Notes: generated by a model from the letters alone, not told the origin. A stretch of 64,000 bases of DNA from an uncultured Planctomycetia bacterium (GCA_963807715.1 CAWECK010000005.1:251194-315193), one strand, 5' to 3'; positions 50,901-62,300 are shown, numbered from the stretch's first letter. Numbers and translations are program-made.

Positions 50901-53839
50901 CTTAGCTGCCTTGGCCGGATCGTCCCATTCGATCTTGCAGTTGGGCAGGGCTTTTTGGAGGGCGGCGACTTGGGCGGGGGTGATCTTCGTCTTGGAGACA
51001 GCTAGATTTACAAGAGATTTACATTTATCGAGTGTGGAGAAATCTGTGACTGTCGTCCCACGCAATCGTAAATCCTCCAGTGGCATTCCCCTTAACGGCG
51101 TTAAGTCTGCTACGGATGTCGAATCGAATTGCAAATAGGTCAACGGCATCCCTTCTATGGCAGAAAGGTCCGACAACTTGCCGAAACCGTTTCGCAAGTG
51201 CCATTGCATCTAAGGCTTTTTAATCGCACCAGCGCTCGGATCGGAGAAATGTTCACCACATTGTTATCATCAAACCAAAAAGTCTGTAACTATGCCATTC
51301 TCGATTGGTGCCTTGTCGGTGTTCATTTTCCCATCAAAGCCCGGATTCAACTCCACAACTTCTTTGACACCGCTTTCACCTGCTCCTCGGCAGGCATCGC
51401 TTGAACTTCCTTCATCCACGCTTGGAACGCCGGGGTGTTCCAGGGCTGGTTGGGCTGAGCGGTGGCTGTCGCCGTGGCGAGTCGTGAGTCGGCTAGTGGC
51501 ATCGGCCACTCGCACGGCACGAAAGCCGTAGATGTAGTAACGGGACGACGGCGTGAAGCGGTGGCGATACGCACTGCGACAGCTGGGACGCGTGGTGGTC
51601 CAGTAGCCGCCACGGATCACGCGATTGGAGCCGGAAGATGGGCCTTTTGGGTCGTTTGGCTGGGGCTTCTCGTACCATTTCTCGTCGTAGAAATCCTGGC
51701 ACCACTCCTGCAAGTTGCCGTGCATGTCGAAAAGGCCGAACGGGTTCGGCAGCTTCAAGGCCACCGGCTGTGCCTTGCGACCGGCGTTCTTGTTGTACCA
51801 GCCGAACTGCTCCAGCTCGGCGTAGTCGTCGCCAAACGAATACTGCGTCGTCGTGCCGGCCCGGCAGGCATATTCCCATTCGGCTTCGGTCGGCAGCCGA
51901 TAGCCGTTGGCGTGGGCGGCAATCAGCCAGCCACCCTTGCCATCCGGGCGATACCAAGGCGACCGCTGCTCCTGTTCGCTGAGCCAAGCACAATAGGCAC
52001 AGGCATCGTTCCAGGTGACTTGGGCCACTGGCGAATCGTCGGTCACGGCATAACCTGGCGATTTCCAGTTCAAGCCGCGACTTTTGGCCGGAACCTTGTC
52101 GCTGAGAACTTTTTCGGCGGAATCGCCGAAACCGTATTGTTCGGCCTCGGTGACGTACTTGGTCGCCTCGACGAACTTGCGGAACTGACCGATCGTGACT
52201 TCCGTAGCGCTCATCAGAAACGGCTTCGTTAATGACAACCCGATGTTGCGGACGTTCGGCCTTTTGGATGCGGTCCTTTGTCGCTTTGGCTGGCCTTGAT
52301 TTCCTCGGCTACCTTCAAGGCCGCAGCAACTTGCTCATCGGTGCTGCCCATCAGGAACTCGCCGGGCGGAATCAGCACCATCGTCATGCCGACAGGGTTC
52401 TTTGATTCGACCGTCGTGCCGAGATGCTTGGCCCAGGCCGCTTGATGGGCCTTGGCTTGGGCGGCGTCGAAGGGGGCTTTGGCGAGGGGCGGCGGATTGA
52501 CAGGGCCAGCGGCACTCGGCGCTTGCACTTCGACGGATGTTCCATCGGGCAATGCCATTCGCCCGACTTCTTCGCCTTTCTGATTCCTCAAGATGACGAT
52601 CACGCCCAGCAGTAGGCACAAGAACCCGGCAGCACAAGCACCAATGAGCACGCTTGGTGTTCCTCCAGGGCGGGCTGCCCCTATCTGACTCCGGCTCAAC
52701 TCCCGGTAGCGGAATTGATTGCAGTCGGCTACTCCCCAAGGCCAACGTCATCTCGGATTCCTGATCTGCCCGACGACGATGAAGTTTTCATCGTTGCAGA
52801 CGCAGACGATGAACTTAGAGCGGCTTGGCAGCGTTCCAGATCGGCTATCACTTCCGTCATCGACTGGTAGCGGTCTTCGAGCTTCTTGGCGACCATCTTG
52901 TCGAAGACTGCCTGCAGTTGTTTGGGTACGTCGCTCCGCAATTCGCAAAGATTCGGGGGTCGGGGCATTGTGATGGGCGAGGAGCTTTGCCGTGATCGTC
53001 TCGCCGTCGTAGGTCGGCTTGCCGATGAGCAAGTAATGCAAGCGAACAGCCCAGGCTGTAAATGTCGGCCCTGTGCGTCGGCGTGCTTGGTGCTGAGTGC
53101 CTTGCTCCGGGGCCATGTAGTCCACGGTTCCCATGACCGCCCCGGTGCCGGTCAGTTCGGCCTGGGTGGCTGCATTGCCATCGCTGCTAATGCGGGCCAG
53201 GCCCATGTCGAGGATTTTGACGACGCCTTCATTGTCGAGCAGCAGATTGGCGGGCTTGATGTCCCGATGAATGACCCCTTTCTTGTGGGCGAACTCCAAA
53301 CCTCTGGCAGCTTGAATGATGTAGTTGACGGCTTTAGCAACGGGGAGTGGTCCTTCTTTTTTGACTAGCGCCGAGAGGTCACGCCCCTCGACGTATTCCA
53401 TGACGAGGAAGTGAACGCCATTGGACTCGTCGGCGTCGTCGGTTGCGACAACATTGGAATGGCGTAATTTGGCTGCCGCCTCAACCTCACGCTGAAACCG
53501 GGCCACTGCCGCAGCATCCTTAAGCATGGCCTTGGGCAGCATCTTGATCGCGACTACCCGCTTTAAGCGGCGATGTTCGGCCTTAAAGACCTGCCCCATC
53601 CCGCCAGCCCCGATTTTGTCGAGGATGGTGTAGTTGCCCAGGATAAGTGCCTTGTCTCGGCCTTGAGCGAACTGCTGAGCCTGGAACTTCGTCAGCAGAT
53701 TCTGCTTGTGCAGTTCTCGAAGGAGTGCCTCACCGTCTTTCGGGGTTGCCTTTGGCGGGATGAAGTTTTCCAGCTTGCCGGGCGCAATGATCCCCGAATC
53801 GGTGAGTTGCTTGACGACGGTTTCGAGAGCAAGGGCCAC
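47911..53839 (-). CDS. Multidomain receptor Ser/Thr kinase and DGR target: kinase-TM-FGE/CLec(VR)-LRR-DUF1080-LRR-LRR-FGE/CLec(VR); many frameshifts as sequenced
   Basis: IGAGGMGQVFKA, HRDIKPANLL, DMG, GTVDYMAPEQ; TM FLCLLLGVIVIL; two RLPTEAEWEYACRAG domains; LSPLxGLPL LRRs; PLFNGRDLTGW (DUF1080); fragments are collinear on the minus strand. Confidence 0.82.
47920..48044 (-). repeat. DGR variable region VR-C (C-terminal FGE/CLec domain)
   Basis: RVIRGGGWSVNASYCRSAYRGNTAPSSRLGNYGFRPVR; pairs with 51511-51634, with differences almost confined to positions 1-2 of NNC/NNT codons. Confidence 0.8.
51511..51634 (-). repeat. DGR variable region VR-I (internal FGE/CLec domain)
   Basis: RVIRGGYW..CRSAYRHRFTPSSRYYIYGFRAVR; same invariant codons as VR-C. 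Confidence 0.75.
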
Positions 53840-54077
53840 AGCGAGACTCCTGGCAAATCAGCAGTTGGTCGATTATAGCCTCCCCCTGATGACGCCGAAA
53901 AGAACCGCAAGCTCTTTCCGCTGAATTGCTTGGGATTTGCTGCTTAAGCCTCCGCCTTCTCGCAATCGTATTGCCGATTTATGCCCGATAAGCACGACGA
54001 TTGCCCGCCCGCCTGGCTTCGCCGCCTGGGGCGATGAAGTTTTTATTTTCTATTGCTTAGGCACGAAAGGCATTCTC

Positions 54078-54535
54078 ATGCTCAAACTCAACGTCGGCTT
54101 TAATCGGAAGGTCGGAGAATCAAATTTCGGGTCGTGCGGCGCAAGCGTAAATCTGGAACTTGAATTCAGCTCGGAACTGGCTTCCGACCCTGGCCGGCTC
54201 AAAGAACGGATTCGGCATTTGTTCGGCTTGGCCAAGGCATCGGTGGAGGAGGAATTGAACCGTCAGTCTTCCAACGGCCACTCGGCAAAATCGGCTTCGT
54301 CGAACGGAAACGGCCGCAACAATGGCCACCGCCGGGATTCGACGCGCCGCGCTACGGCAAACCAGGCTCGCGCCCTGCGACTCATTGCCGAACGACAAAG
54401 CGTCGACCTGCGGGATGTCATGCGGCGCGACTACAACGTCGATAAGCCCGAAGCCTTTCAATCACCGAGGCCAGCGAGTTGATCGACCAGCTCAAGGCAC
54501 AGGCCAATGGCAACGGGTCGGGAGGGCGGCGATGA
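54078..54535 (+). CDS. Conserved planctomycete mobile-element hypothetical protein (frameshift ~54456)
   Basis: MLKLNVGFNRKVGESNFGSCGASVNLE...RRATANQARAL...SITEASELIDQLK; ATGA overlap with next gene. Confidence 0.6.
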
Positions 54536-55356
54536 TTACCGCATCGCCAGTCATTCGTGCCGAGCCGCGGGCATCCCCAACCGGGCGCGACTATTTGAGT
54601 TATTCCGCTGTCGCCTCGTACCAGCGATGTCCTTTGGCTTTCTATTTCCATTACGTGACCGATTTGCCCGAGGCGAGGATCTCCAGCAGCCTGGTGTTTG
54701 GCGCCGCCGTACATCGGGCAGTCGAATGGCATCTTAATGAACTGCTCGTCGGTTCCGAGCCACCATCTCTGGAAGCCTTGTTGGGCGAGTTCGACGCCGC
54801 TTGGCGGGAATACGACCCGGTCACGATCCGCTAAGGTAAGAATGAAGACCGGAACGACCTAGCTGGCCTTGCCCAACGAATGCTGGTGGCATTTCAAGTC
54901 AGTTCGATGGCAAAGCCCGAAGGCATCATCCCGGGCGTCGAGGAGGAGCTGCGCGGAGCTGTGATTCCTGGCTGCCCGGACATCTTGGGCCGGCTCGATC
55001 TGATCGTCGAAACCGCCGACGCGGTTATTGTGACCGACCTGAAAACGGCGCGCAATCGCTGGAGTCGAGAACAGGTCGAGGAATCGGCGGGGCAGCTCTT
55101 GCTTTATCACGAACTGGCGCGGTCGCTGGTCTCGAACAAGCGGCTGCGGCTGCAATTCGCCGTGCTGACCAAAGCCAAGCAGCCTGTAATCCACGTTCAT
55201 GAAGTTCCGGCCGACCCGAAGCAAATCGACCGCACGAAACGCATCGTCGAGCGGGTCTGGCGATCGATCGAGTCGGGCAACTTCTATCCCGCACCCTCGG
55301 CGATGAATTGCCCGACCTGTCCGTTTCGTGATCCTTGTCGAGCCTGGCAAGGCTGA
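54532..55356 (+). pseudogene. PD-(D/E)XK RecB/AddB/Cas4-like nuclease with Fe-S cysteines, internal TAA at 54832-54834
   Basis: YLSYSAVASYQRCP, FGAAVH, GRLDLI..VTDLKT, QLLLY, CPTCPFRDPC. Confidence 0.8.
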
Positions 55357-55799
55357 AGGGAAATCAACGCGGGCGAGGATCGTTCGCGGGGCACGTCGCG
55401 TTCATGGCTCCTGCGCCGTTCATGCCTCCGCCCTTACGTGGCCGGTGGCATGGGCGGCGTGTGGATCGGCGAGAGATTTGATCTTCGGGGATGCTTTTTC
55501 TTAGCGGTTGCCAACCAGGTGTCGAACGTGGCCGGATCGTCACATCGGCCAATGATGCGGTAGATTCTGAAAGAATATGGTCACTTTCCTGAAACCGAAT
55601 CTCGGGACGATTTGTCATCGCATTTCCGATTAGCGCTATTCTGAATGTTCACAATTGACGACGTTCATGCGACGGTACGAAGTCGGCTGGTGGCATGGGC
55701 AGTGTCGGAGAGTAGGCGAGGATTCGATCGCGGATAGGGTTCTTGAAGATCATCCGCCCGACAAGCATGAATCGGCAAGCCATGCTGCTGTGCCGTACC

Positions 55800-55965
55800 G
55801 CCGACTTTATTACGGCCAGGCTGTCGCCCGCCCAGCCTCGCAACGACGGCCAGCAGACGCCGACGCGGTGCCATCCAGCCTTCATCGCCCAGCACGCCAC
55901 CGCGAAGTGCTGCCGGTCGTGCCTGGCGAAGTGGCACGGCATCGCTGACGGTCGGGCCTTACCAT
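55800..55965 (+). pseudogene. DUF4186-family fragment
   Basis: RLSPAQPRNDGQQTPTRCHPAFIAQHATAKCCRSCLAKWHGI. Confidence 0.6.
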
Positions 55966-56191
55966 TGGCCGGCTTCGCTGTCGCTGCTGTCGCCGAACCG
56001 CTTGATAACTTCGCTGAAATCCAAGTTAAAGTTAAAGATCGGCGGAATAGCAGACTAATACAGGGTACAATGCTTGGGGGCGATTTGCGTGGGGCCGCGA
56101 TACGGCGGCCGAGTCGAATGGTTGGGTTTCGTCGCCATATACGAACATTGTGCCGCGGCGGATGCGGACCTAATACGATGGAGTCGAAGCT

Positions 56192-56398
56192 ATGAACTTC
56201 GGAAAGCTGGGACCTCTTCATGTGGTTCCGACGAGGGTCCTTTGTCCTGTGTGTCGCAAAGCTTCCTATTCGTTGGAAGGCCTGCATCCGCAGTGTGCTG
56301 TAGAGCGTGCCGACGCAGAACGCCGCGCAGCCCTCAAGGCCAGCGGCGCTAACTCCGCCGGCCCGCTGCCAGGGAAACCATCTGCAAGACGTTGGTGA
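56192..56398 (+). CDS. Small zinc-finger-like protein
   Basis: CPVCRKASYSLEGLHPQC. Confidence 0.45.
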   Translation: MNFGKLGPLHVVPTRVLCPVCRKASYSLEGLHPQCAVERADAERRAALKASGANSAGPLPGKPSARRW

Positions 56399-56569
56399 TC
56401 AATCAATTAGAAACTTCCAGGGGAGTTTCGTTCGCAATCGCGAGTTAAGGTGTGGCTCGATGCTCCGAAACGTCGCGGCTGATTGATGCCGCGACTGTAA
56501 GCGAACCAGCCGGCTTCGGTTTCGATCAGCCAACACCTTTTGAATCTGCTCAGAAATGGTTGCCTTAAC

Positions 56570-58563
56570 ATGAAAGCACCTTATTTGCTTTGCATGGCTG
56601 CAGCGTTCCAACTACTTCTATGGAGCACGGTTCGTGCGCAGACAGTCGGTGCGCAAGACCGCTCCGGTTTGCGCTGCGTCAGCAGCAAACCCTTCCCCGT
56701 GCCGCAGGGGAGCCAAGGCATTCCCATGGACGGCTGCGATTTTGAAACAGGCAAATTGCCGCCGGGTTGGAGCCAGGGATACGGCGAGGTAGTGACCGCA
56801 GACGATGCACCCCAAGGTAAGGCCTATTTTCGCATGCAGGCGAAAAAAGGGGCGGACCTGCACAGCCCGGCATTTCCGGCCGAGTCGGGAGGTGTCTATT
56901 TCATCTCGTACTGGCTCAAAAACTCCGATGAGCCCTGGGCCTACATCAACTTTACCTCCGACGAGCGGGAGCCGAGTTTCAACAACACCTATCCCGGCAT
57001 CCCTTTCAATACCGGGAATCAGTGGAAGCAGGTGGGCTTTTATTTTTGGATGCCGGCCCAGTGCAAGACGATTCAGTTTCTGCTTGCACCCCATGAAAAC
57101 AGCGCCCGAGGGACAATTCGTCTGCATCGATGACATCCAATTGCGCACGGCAACCGAGGCCGAGACGGCGGCGGCTTACGAAGTCGAGCGATCGCATCTT
57201 CCGCCTTACGATGTCTCCCCACGCCCGGGCGACGGCAAGAACCTGGCCCTCTCGGTCGCGAAGTGGGAAGGTCGGGCGGGAATCCCCGGCAAGCCATTCG
57301 TGATTTGGGCGCTAGGGTCGAGTTATACGGCCTGGCAGGGTGATGGTTTTGAGCTGATCCAGGCGATTCGTAAGCGTTTTCCCAACGCCCCACCGATCGT
57401 CTACCGTAAGCATGGCGGCCCGGGTACTCCTTGGGAGTATGTCTATGCTTGGATCAAGCAGTTTGTGGCGGCCGAACAACCGGACCTGATATTCACCTAT
57501 ACCACCGGCACCTTGGACGGACTCGATGCTTTGCTGGCGGAGACCCGTCGGCACAGCACCGCCGAGATCATTGTCCCCAGCGTTCATTTCAAACCTCCGG
57601 GCACGCATGACGCCGAATGACGTCGAAAACGGTGCCGGTGTTCAATGGGCGAAGGTGCGTGAAATCTGCGCGAAACATGGGGCCGAGTTCGTCGAGAATC
57701 GCCGCGAAATGGCCGATTATCTTACCCGGACCGGTCTCGATATGGATGAGCTTCTGTTTGACCATAATCACCAGAACCAACATGGGCGCATCCGCGTTTG
57801 GGACAATGTCAGTCGCCATCTCACCAAGTCGGATCAGTCTGCCTATGCGCCCGAGTCGCGGGAGCGTCGGATTGCCGTGGCCCCGCCGACGGAGAGCGCG
57901 ACCGAGAAAGTCAGCCTTTCCGGCAGTTGGACGACTGCCGATGGCTTACTACGCAGTAGCGCCGGAGGAGACCGGTTGAAAGTCAGTTTCACGGGCAATC
58001 GGATCGATTTAATCGGACGCAAGGCACCTGATGGCGGCACGGTCAAGGTGCTTGTCGATGGTATTCCTGGCGAGCAGGCCCCCGTTTTTCTGATGAACTC
58101 AATCATGCCGAACAAGAAACATCTCTGGCGCAGCCCACACGCGGTGGAACTCGGCTCAAGCCTTGTGCCGCAAAAATGGACGATTACCATGACCAGCGAC
58201 GTGGGGGACTATCGTGTCGAAGGGAGCGTTGCTGGCCTCGATGGTACGGGCAATCTCGCTAAGCCCTTCTTCGGCCGCACGGGCCAGATCGGCATCGACC
58301 CGAAATTTTGGCGGCAGGGACGGGTCGAGAAGAAGGGCCAACCAGTCGAGTACGGAGTCGCCACTGGCGACTTCTTTACCTTCGACGTCTACCGTAGTGC
58401 ATTGGGTGAGTTAAGTTTTAAGGCTGACCAGCCAACTGCGATCGTTGAACCGTTGGTCCGGAATTTGCCAAATCGCCAGCATACGGTTGAGCTGATCACG
58501 ACGGGCGATGGCCATGTGGTGATCGAAGCCCTGTATGTCTTCGAGCCCCCGGAGAAGGACTAA
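56570..58563 (+). CDS. Secreted carbohydrate-binding plus SGNH/GDSL-like hydrolase protein (frameshifts at ~57105 and ~57600)
   Basis: Signal peptide; CBM-like N-domain; IWALGSSYT, PDLIFTY, LFDHNHQN; three collinear overlapping ORFs. Confidence 0.65.
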
Positions 58564-59019
58564 AATCATCGAGCGCCGGAGCTGAGCTGCCACCGACGAG
58601 CCCCAGCAATACGGACTTTGCCGGGCCGGTCCAATAGGGCAGTTTTGTGGGCCATGGCATCGCAGGAGCCGTGGAGGCGGCGGGTGTCAACGGGTGGCGC
58701 CGGCACTCCAGATGACGACGCCTTGAACAGGCTGGTGGGCGTCCTCTCCACGGTCCTGCTCTGCCCCGCTGATTCCCACACCGGGGCCAACGTCGCTACA
58801 GACACGCTCTTCGTGGCCACGATTGCCGAACGGCTGGTCGACAACGCGAACAGTTTTGAGTACAAGGAAGGTACAAAAGTGACACTATGTGGCACTCAAC
58901 AAGGTGATACGGCTGCCACACGGTTACACACGCCACGAGGAGCTAACTTCTTGTCCCAAAAAGGATTTGCGTTGCAAAATGAAGCGTGGGTGAGAGTTGC
59001 GAAAAAACGCTGGTACAGG

Positions 59020-59046
59020 TTCAAATCCTAGTTCCCCAGCTTGTTT
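59020..59046 (+). mobile_element. att site: second tRNA(Gln-like) 3'-end copy, right boundary of the island
   Basis: GGTTCAAATCCTAGTTCCCCAGCTTGTTT; no upstream tRNA body. Confidence 0.8.
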
Positions 59047-59142
59047 GCCTCGGACATAACGCGTGTAATTGCTCGTTAAGCGGTTTCTGCGGTTCTTCTG
59101 CACACGCGGCAACCGTGTTGGTGCGGTATTGAGGAGACCACT

Positions 59143-59270
59143 GTGGCATCCCTTCAGAAAAGGGGCGACGCCTAGTACTGCCGATTTGTCTACGTCCAGA
59201 AGCGACACACTCTCACTATCGGGCAAGTTTCGCGGTCCGAGGCCGACCGCTGGAAGGCGAAGGCTGGAGC
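59143..59270 (+). pseudogene. N-terminal remnant of a second tyrosine integrase
   Basis: GAGGAG RBS; VASLQKRGDA*YCRFVYVQKRHTLTIGQVSRSEADRWKAK, ~100 bp after att. Confidence 0.6.
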
Positions 59271-59373
59271 CGTCACAATACTCCGTTAGTCGTTGTCGCA
59301 TCGCTTTACGGTATTGCGCCTGCGGGCGTTCAGCGAGCGCATGCCCTCGGCGGAAACAAGCCCGTAATCGTTT

Positions 59374-62300
59374 TCATGCCTTGGTAGCCGGTCGAATCGC
59401 CTTCACGACGCCTTCAACCCGGAAATAGCCTCCGCTGGCCTGGTCGCTCGAGTCGAAGAGCTGACCATAGACCTGGCCATCCTGTCCGATCACAAACAAT
59501 TCCGGATCCCCGGCGCCATCGTGCCCAACGACAAACGATTCAACCCCACCCTGACTCGCCAAGCGGTAGGCGCAACCGAATTGCCGCTGGCGTTAAGCGG
59601 TTGGAGCCAAACTTGGTTGTCCATTCCTGTGACAAAAATAACGGAATTGCCGCTCGCGTCGATGCTCACGCTAAGCGACTTCACGGCACCGGGAGCGGTC
59701 AAAGTAAACCCTGTTGTAGGAGTGCCATCGGCCGCGAATTGGATACTGTAAACATTGTCGTTGCTGGTGGCGATCGCTAACAGCTCCGGATCATTGGCGG
59801 CGGTGTATGTGACCGCGATCGAACTTACTTGCCCGGGCTGCACGAGCGTGTATCCGCCCGTTGACACGCCGCTGCTATTGAAGACGTCTTCATAGACTTC
59901 GTTATCCATCCCGATCACGAAAGTGAGCGGATCGCCGGCGGCGTCGTGCGCCACAACCAGCGACTGGATGGCGCCGCTGGCTGCCGGGGAATAGGTTCCT
60001 GACGGAACGCCAGCAGCGGAAAATTGCAACACGGAGACCTGTTGATTTGCCAGGCCGAGGCTCGGTTGAGTCCCCTTGCCGATCACAAACAGCTCCGGCA
60101 GTCCCGCGGCCGTGTAGCCGACGTTAATCGAACTGACCGTTCCGGCACTGACCAGCCAGTAGCCGCCGAGCGAATTGCCATTGGCGTCGAACCGCTGGAC
60201 GTACACCTGGTTGTCCTGTCCGATGACAAACACGAGTGGGTTGCCAGCGCCGTCGTTGGCTACTTCCATGGCGAGCACGCCACCGACGGTTGTCAGATTG
60301 GCGTTGGTTGATGCAGGGCTGCCCAGGGAACTCAGGAGCTGTGAATACACCTGATTATCTGCGCCGATGGAGAAGTTTTCCGAGAACGCGGCAACCGTCA
60401 TGTCGGCGCCCAGCGAAGACGTGTTGTTCAGAGTTACGTTCGTCGCCGTCGCCGAGACCAGGGAGCCGATCGGGATGTATTGGGGCAACGTTGCGGTAAA
60501 ACTCAGTGATCCGGCCGAGTTGGTCGTAAAGGTCTGGGATCCCAGGAGGACGGGACCTTGTCCCGAGACAATCTGATCGAAATTGATTTGGTATTGCGTG
60601 GACGCGACGCCCGTGAGCGTGCCTTGGAACGTGGTCGCGCCGGCCAGCGAAATTGCAGAGGTAATTACGGGAACGCCGCTATCGCCACCGCCACCAGGAA
60701 CGCCACCCCCCCCAGGAATGCCACCACCAACACCACTGCCTACAATCGTGAACGTCGTGCTCGCCATGCCGCTGGTGTAGTCAGTGCTGCCGGCGAAGCT
60801 CGCCAAAACCGTGTACGTACCTGCCGTCGTCGGAGCGCCGCTTAAAGCCGTCCCCGTGGCGCTCGTGCCCGAGTAGTAGGTCAACGACGGAGTCGCGCCT
60901 TCCAGGCTGGCCGAAGCTGTGGACTGGCTCCCCACTCCCGCCACCGTGTCAGTTGCGGCGAAGGCCACGCTGTTGTACGTTCCGCCATTGTCGTTCACGC
61001 TTACGCTGGGCGTAGCCTTGCTGATGGTGAACGTCTTGCTCGCCGTGCCGCTGTTGTAGTCGGTACTGCCGGCGAAGCTCGCTAAAACCGTGTACGTACC
61101 TGCCGTCGTCGGAGCCGCCGCTTAAAGCCGTCCCGGTGGCGCTCGTACCTGAGTAATAGGTCAGCGTCGGAGTCGCGCCTTCCAGGCTGGCCGAAGCTGT
61201 GGACTGGCTTCCCACTCCCGCCACCGTGTCAGTTGCGGCGAAGGCCACGCTGTTGTACGTTCCGCCATTGTCGGTCACGCTTACGCTGGGCGTAGCCTTG
61301 CTGATGGTGAACGTCTTGCTCGCCGTGCCGCTGTTGTAGTCGGTACTGCCGGCGAAGCTCGCTAAAACCGTGTACGTACCTGCCGTCGTCGGAGCGCCGC
61401 TTAAAGCCGTCCCGGTGGCGCTCGTGCCCGAGTAGTAGGTCAACGTCGGAGTCGCGCCTTCCAGGCTGGCTGAAGCTGTGGATTGGCTCCCCACTCCCGC
61501 CACCGTGTCAGTTGCGGCGAAGGTCGCGCCGTTGTACGTTCCGCCGTTGTCGGTCACGCTTACGCCGGGCGTGGCCTTGGTGATGGTGAACGTCTTGCTC
61601 GCCGTGCCGCTGGTGTAGTCGGTACTGCCGGCGAAGTTCGTCAAAACCGTGTACGTACCTGCCGTCGTCGGATGCGCCGCTCAAAGCCGTCCCCGTGGCG
61701 CTCGTGCCCGAGTAGTAGGTCAGCGTCGGAGTCGCGCCTTCCAGGCTGGCTGAAGCTGTGGATTGGCTCCCCACTCCCGCCACCGTGTCAGTTGCGGCGA
61801 AGGCCGCGCTGTTGTACGTTCCGCCGTTGTCGGTCACGCTTACGCCGGGCGTGGCCTTGGTGATGGTGAACGTCTTGCACGCTGTGCCGCTGGTGTAGTC
61901 GGTACTGCCGGCGAAGCTCGCTAAAACGGTGTAGGTACCTGCCGTCGTCGGAACGCCGCTCAAAGCCGTCCCCGTGGCGCTCGTGCCCGAGTAGTAGGTC
62001 AGCGTCGGAGTCGCGCCTTCTAGGCTGGCCGAAGCTGTGGATTGGCTCCCCACTCCCGCCACTGTGTCAGTTGCGGCGAAGGCCGCGCTGTTGTACGTTC
62101 CGCCGTTGTCGGTCACGCTTACGCCGGGCGTGGCCTTGGTGATGGTGAACGTCTTGCACGCCGTGCCGCTGGTGTAGTCGGTACTGCCGGCGAAGCTCGC
62201 TAAAACGGTGTAGGTACCTGCCGTCGTCGGAGCGCCGCTCAAAGCCGTCCCCGTGGCGCTTGTGCCCGAGTAGTAGGTCAGCGTTGGAGTCGCGCCTTCC

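Noticed and set aside
51511-51634. Internal repeat as the DGR template repeat (TR) for the C-terminal VR
   Set aside because: At many mismatched positions it has non-A bases (e.g. CGC vs AAC, TTC vs ACC, ATC vs AAC), and it lies in frame inside an FGE domain, so it is a second VR rather than a TR.
42109-52240. FGE-domain proteins as sulfatase-maturation enzymes for the nearby sulfatases
   Set aside because: They lack the catalytic RGGS-x-C...YC-x-RYR cysteine motif of true formylglycine-generating enzymes and are fused to kinase or sialidase domains.
54532-55356. Cas4 / CRISPR-Cas locus
   Set aside because: No cas1/cas2 or repeat-spacer array is visible; this is a stand-alone RecB-like nuclease.
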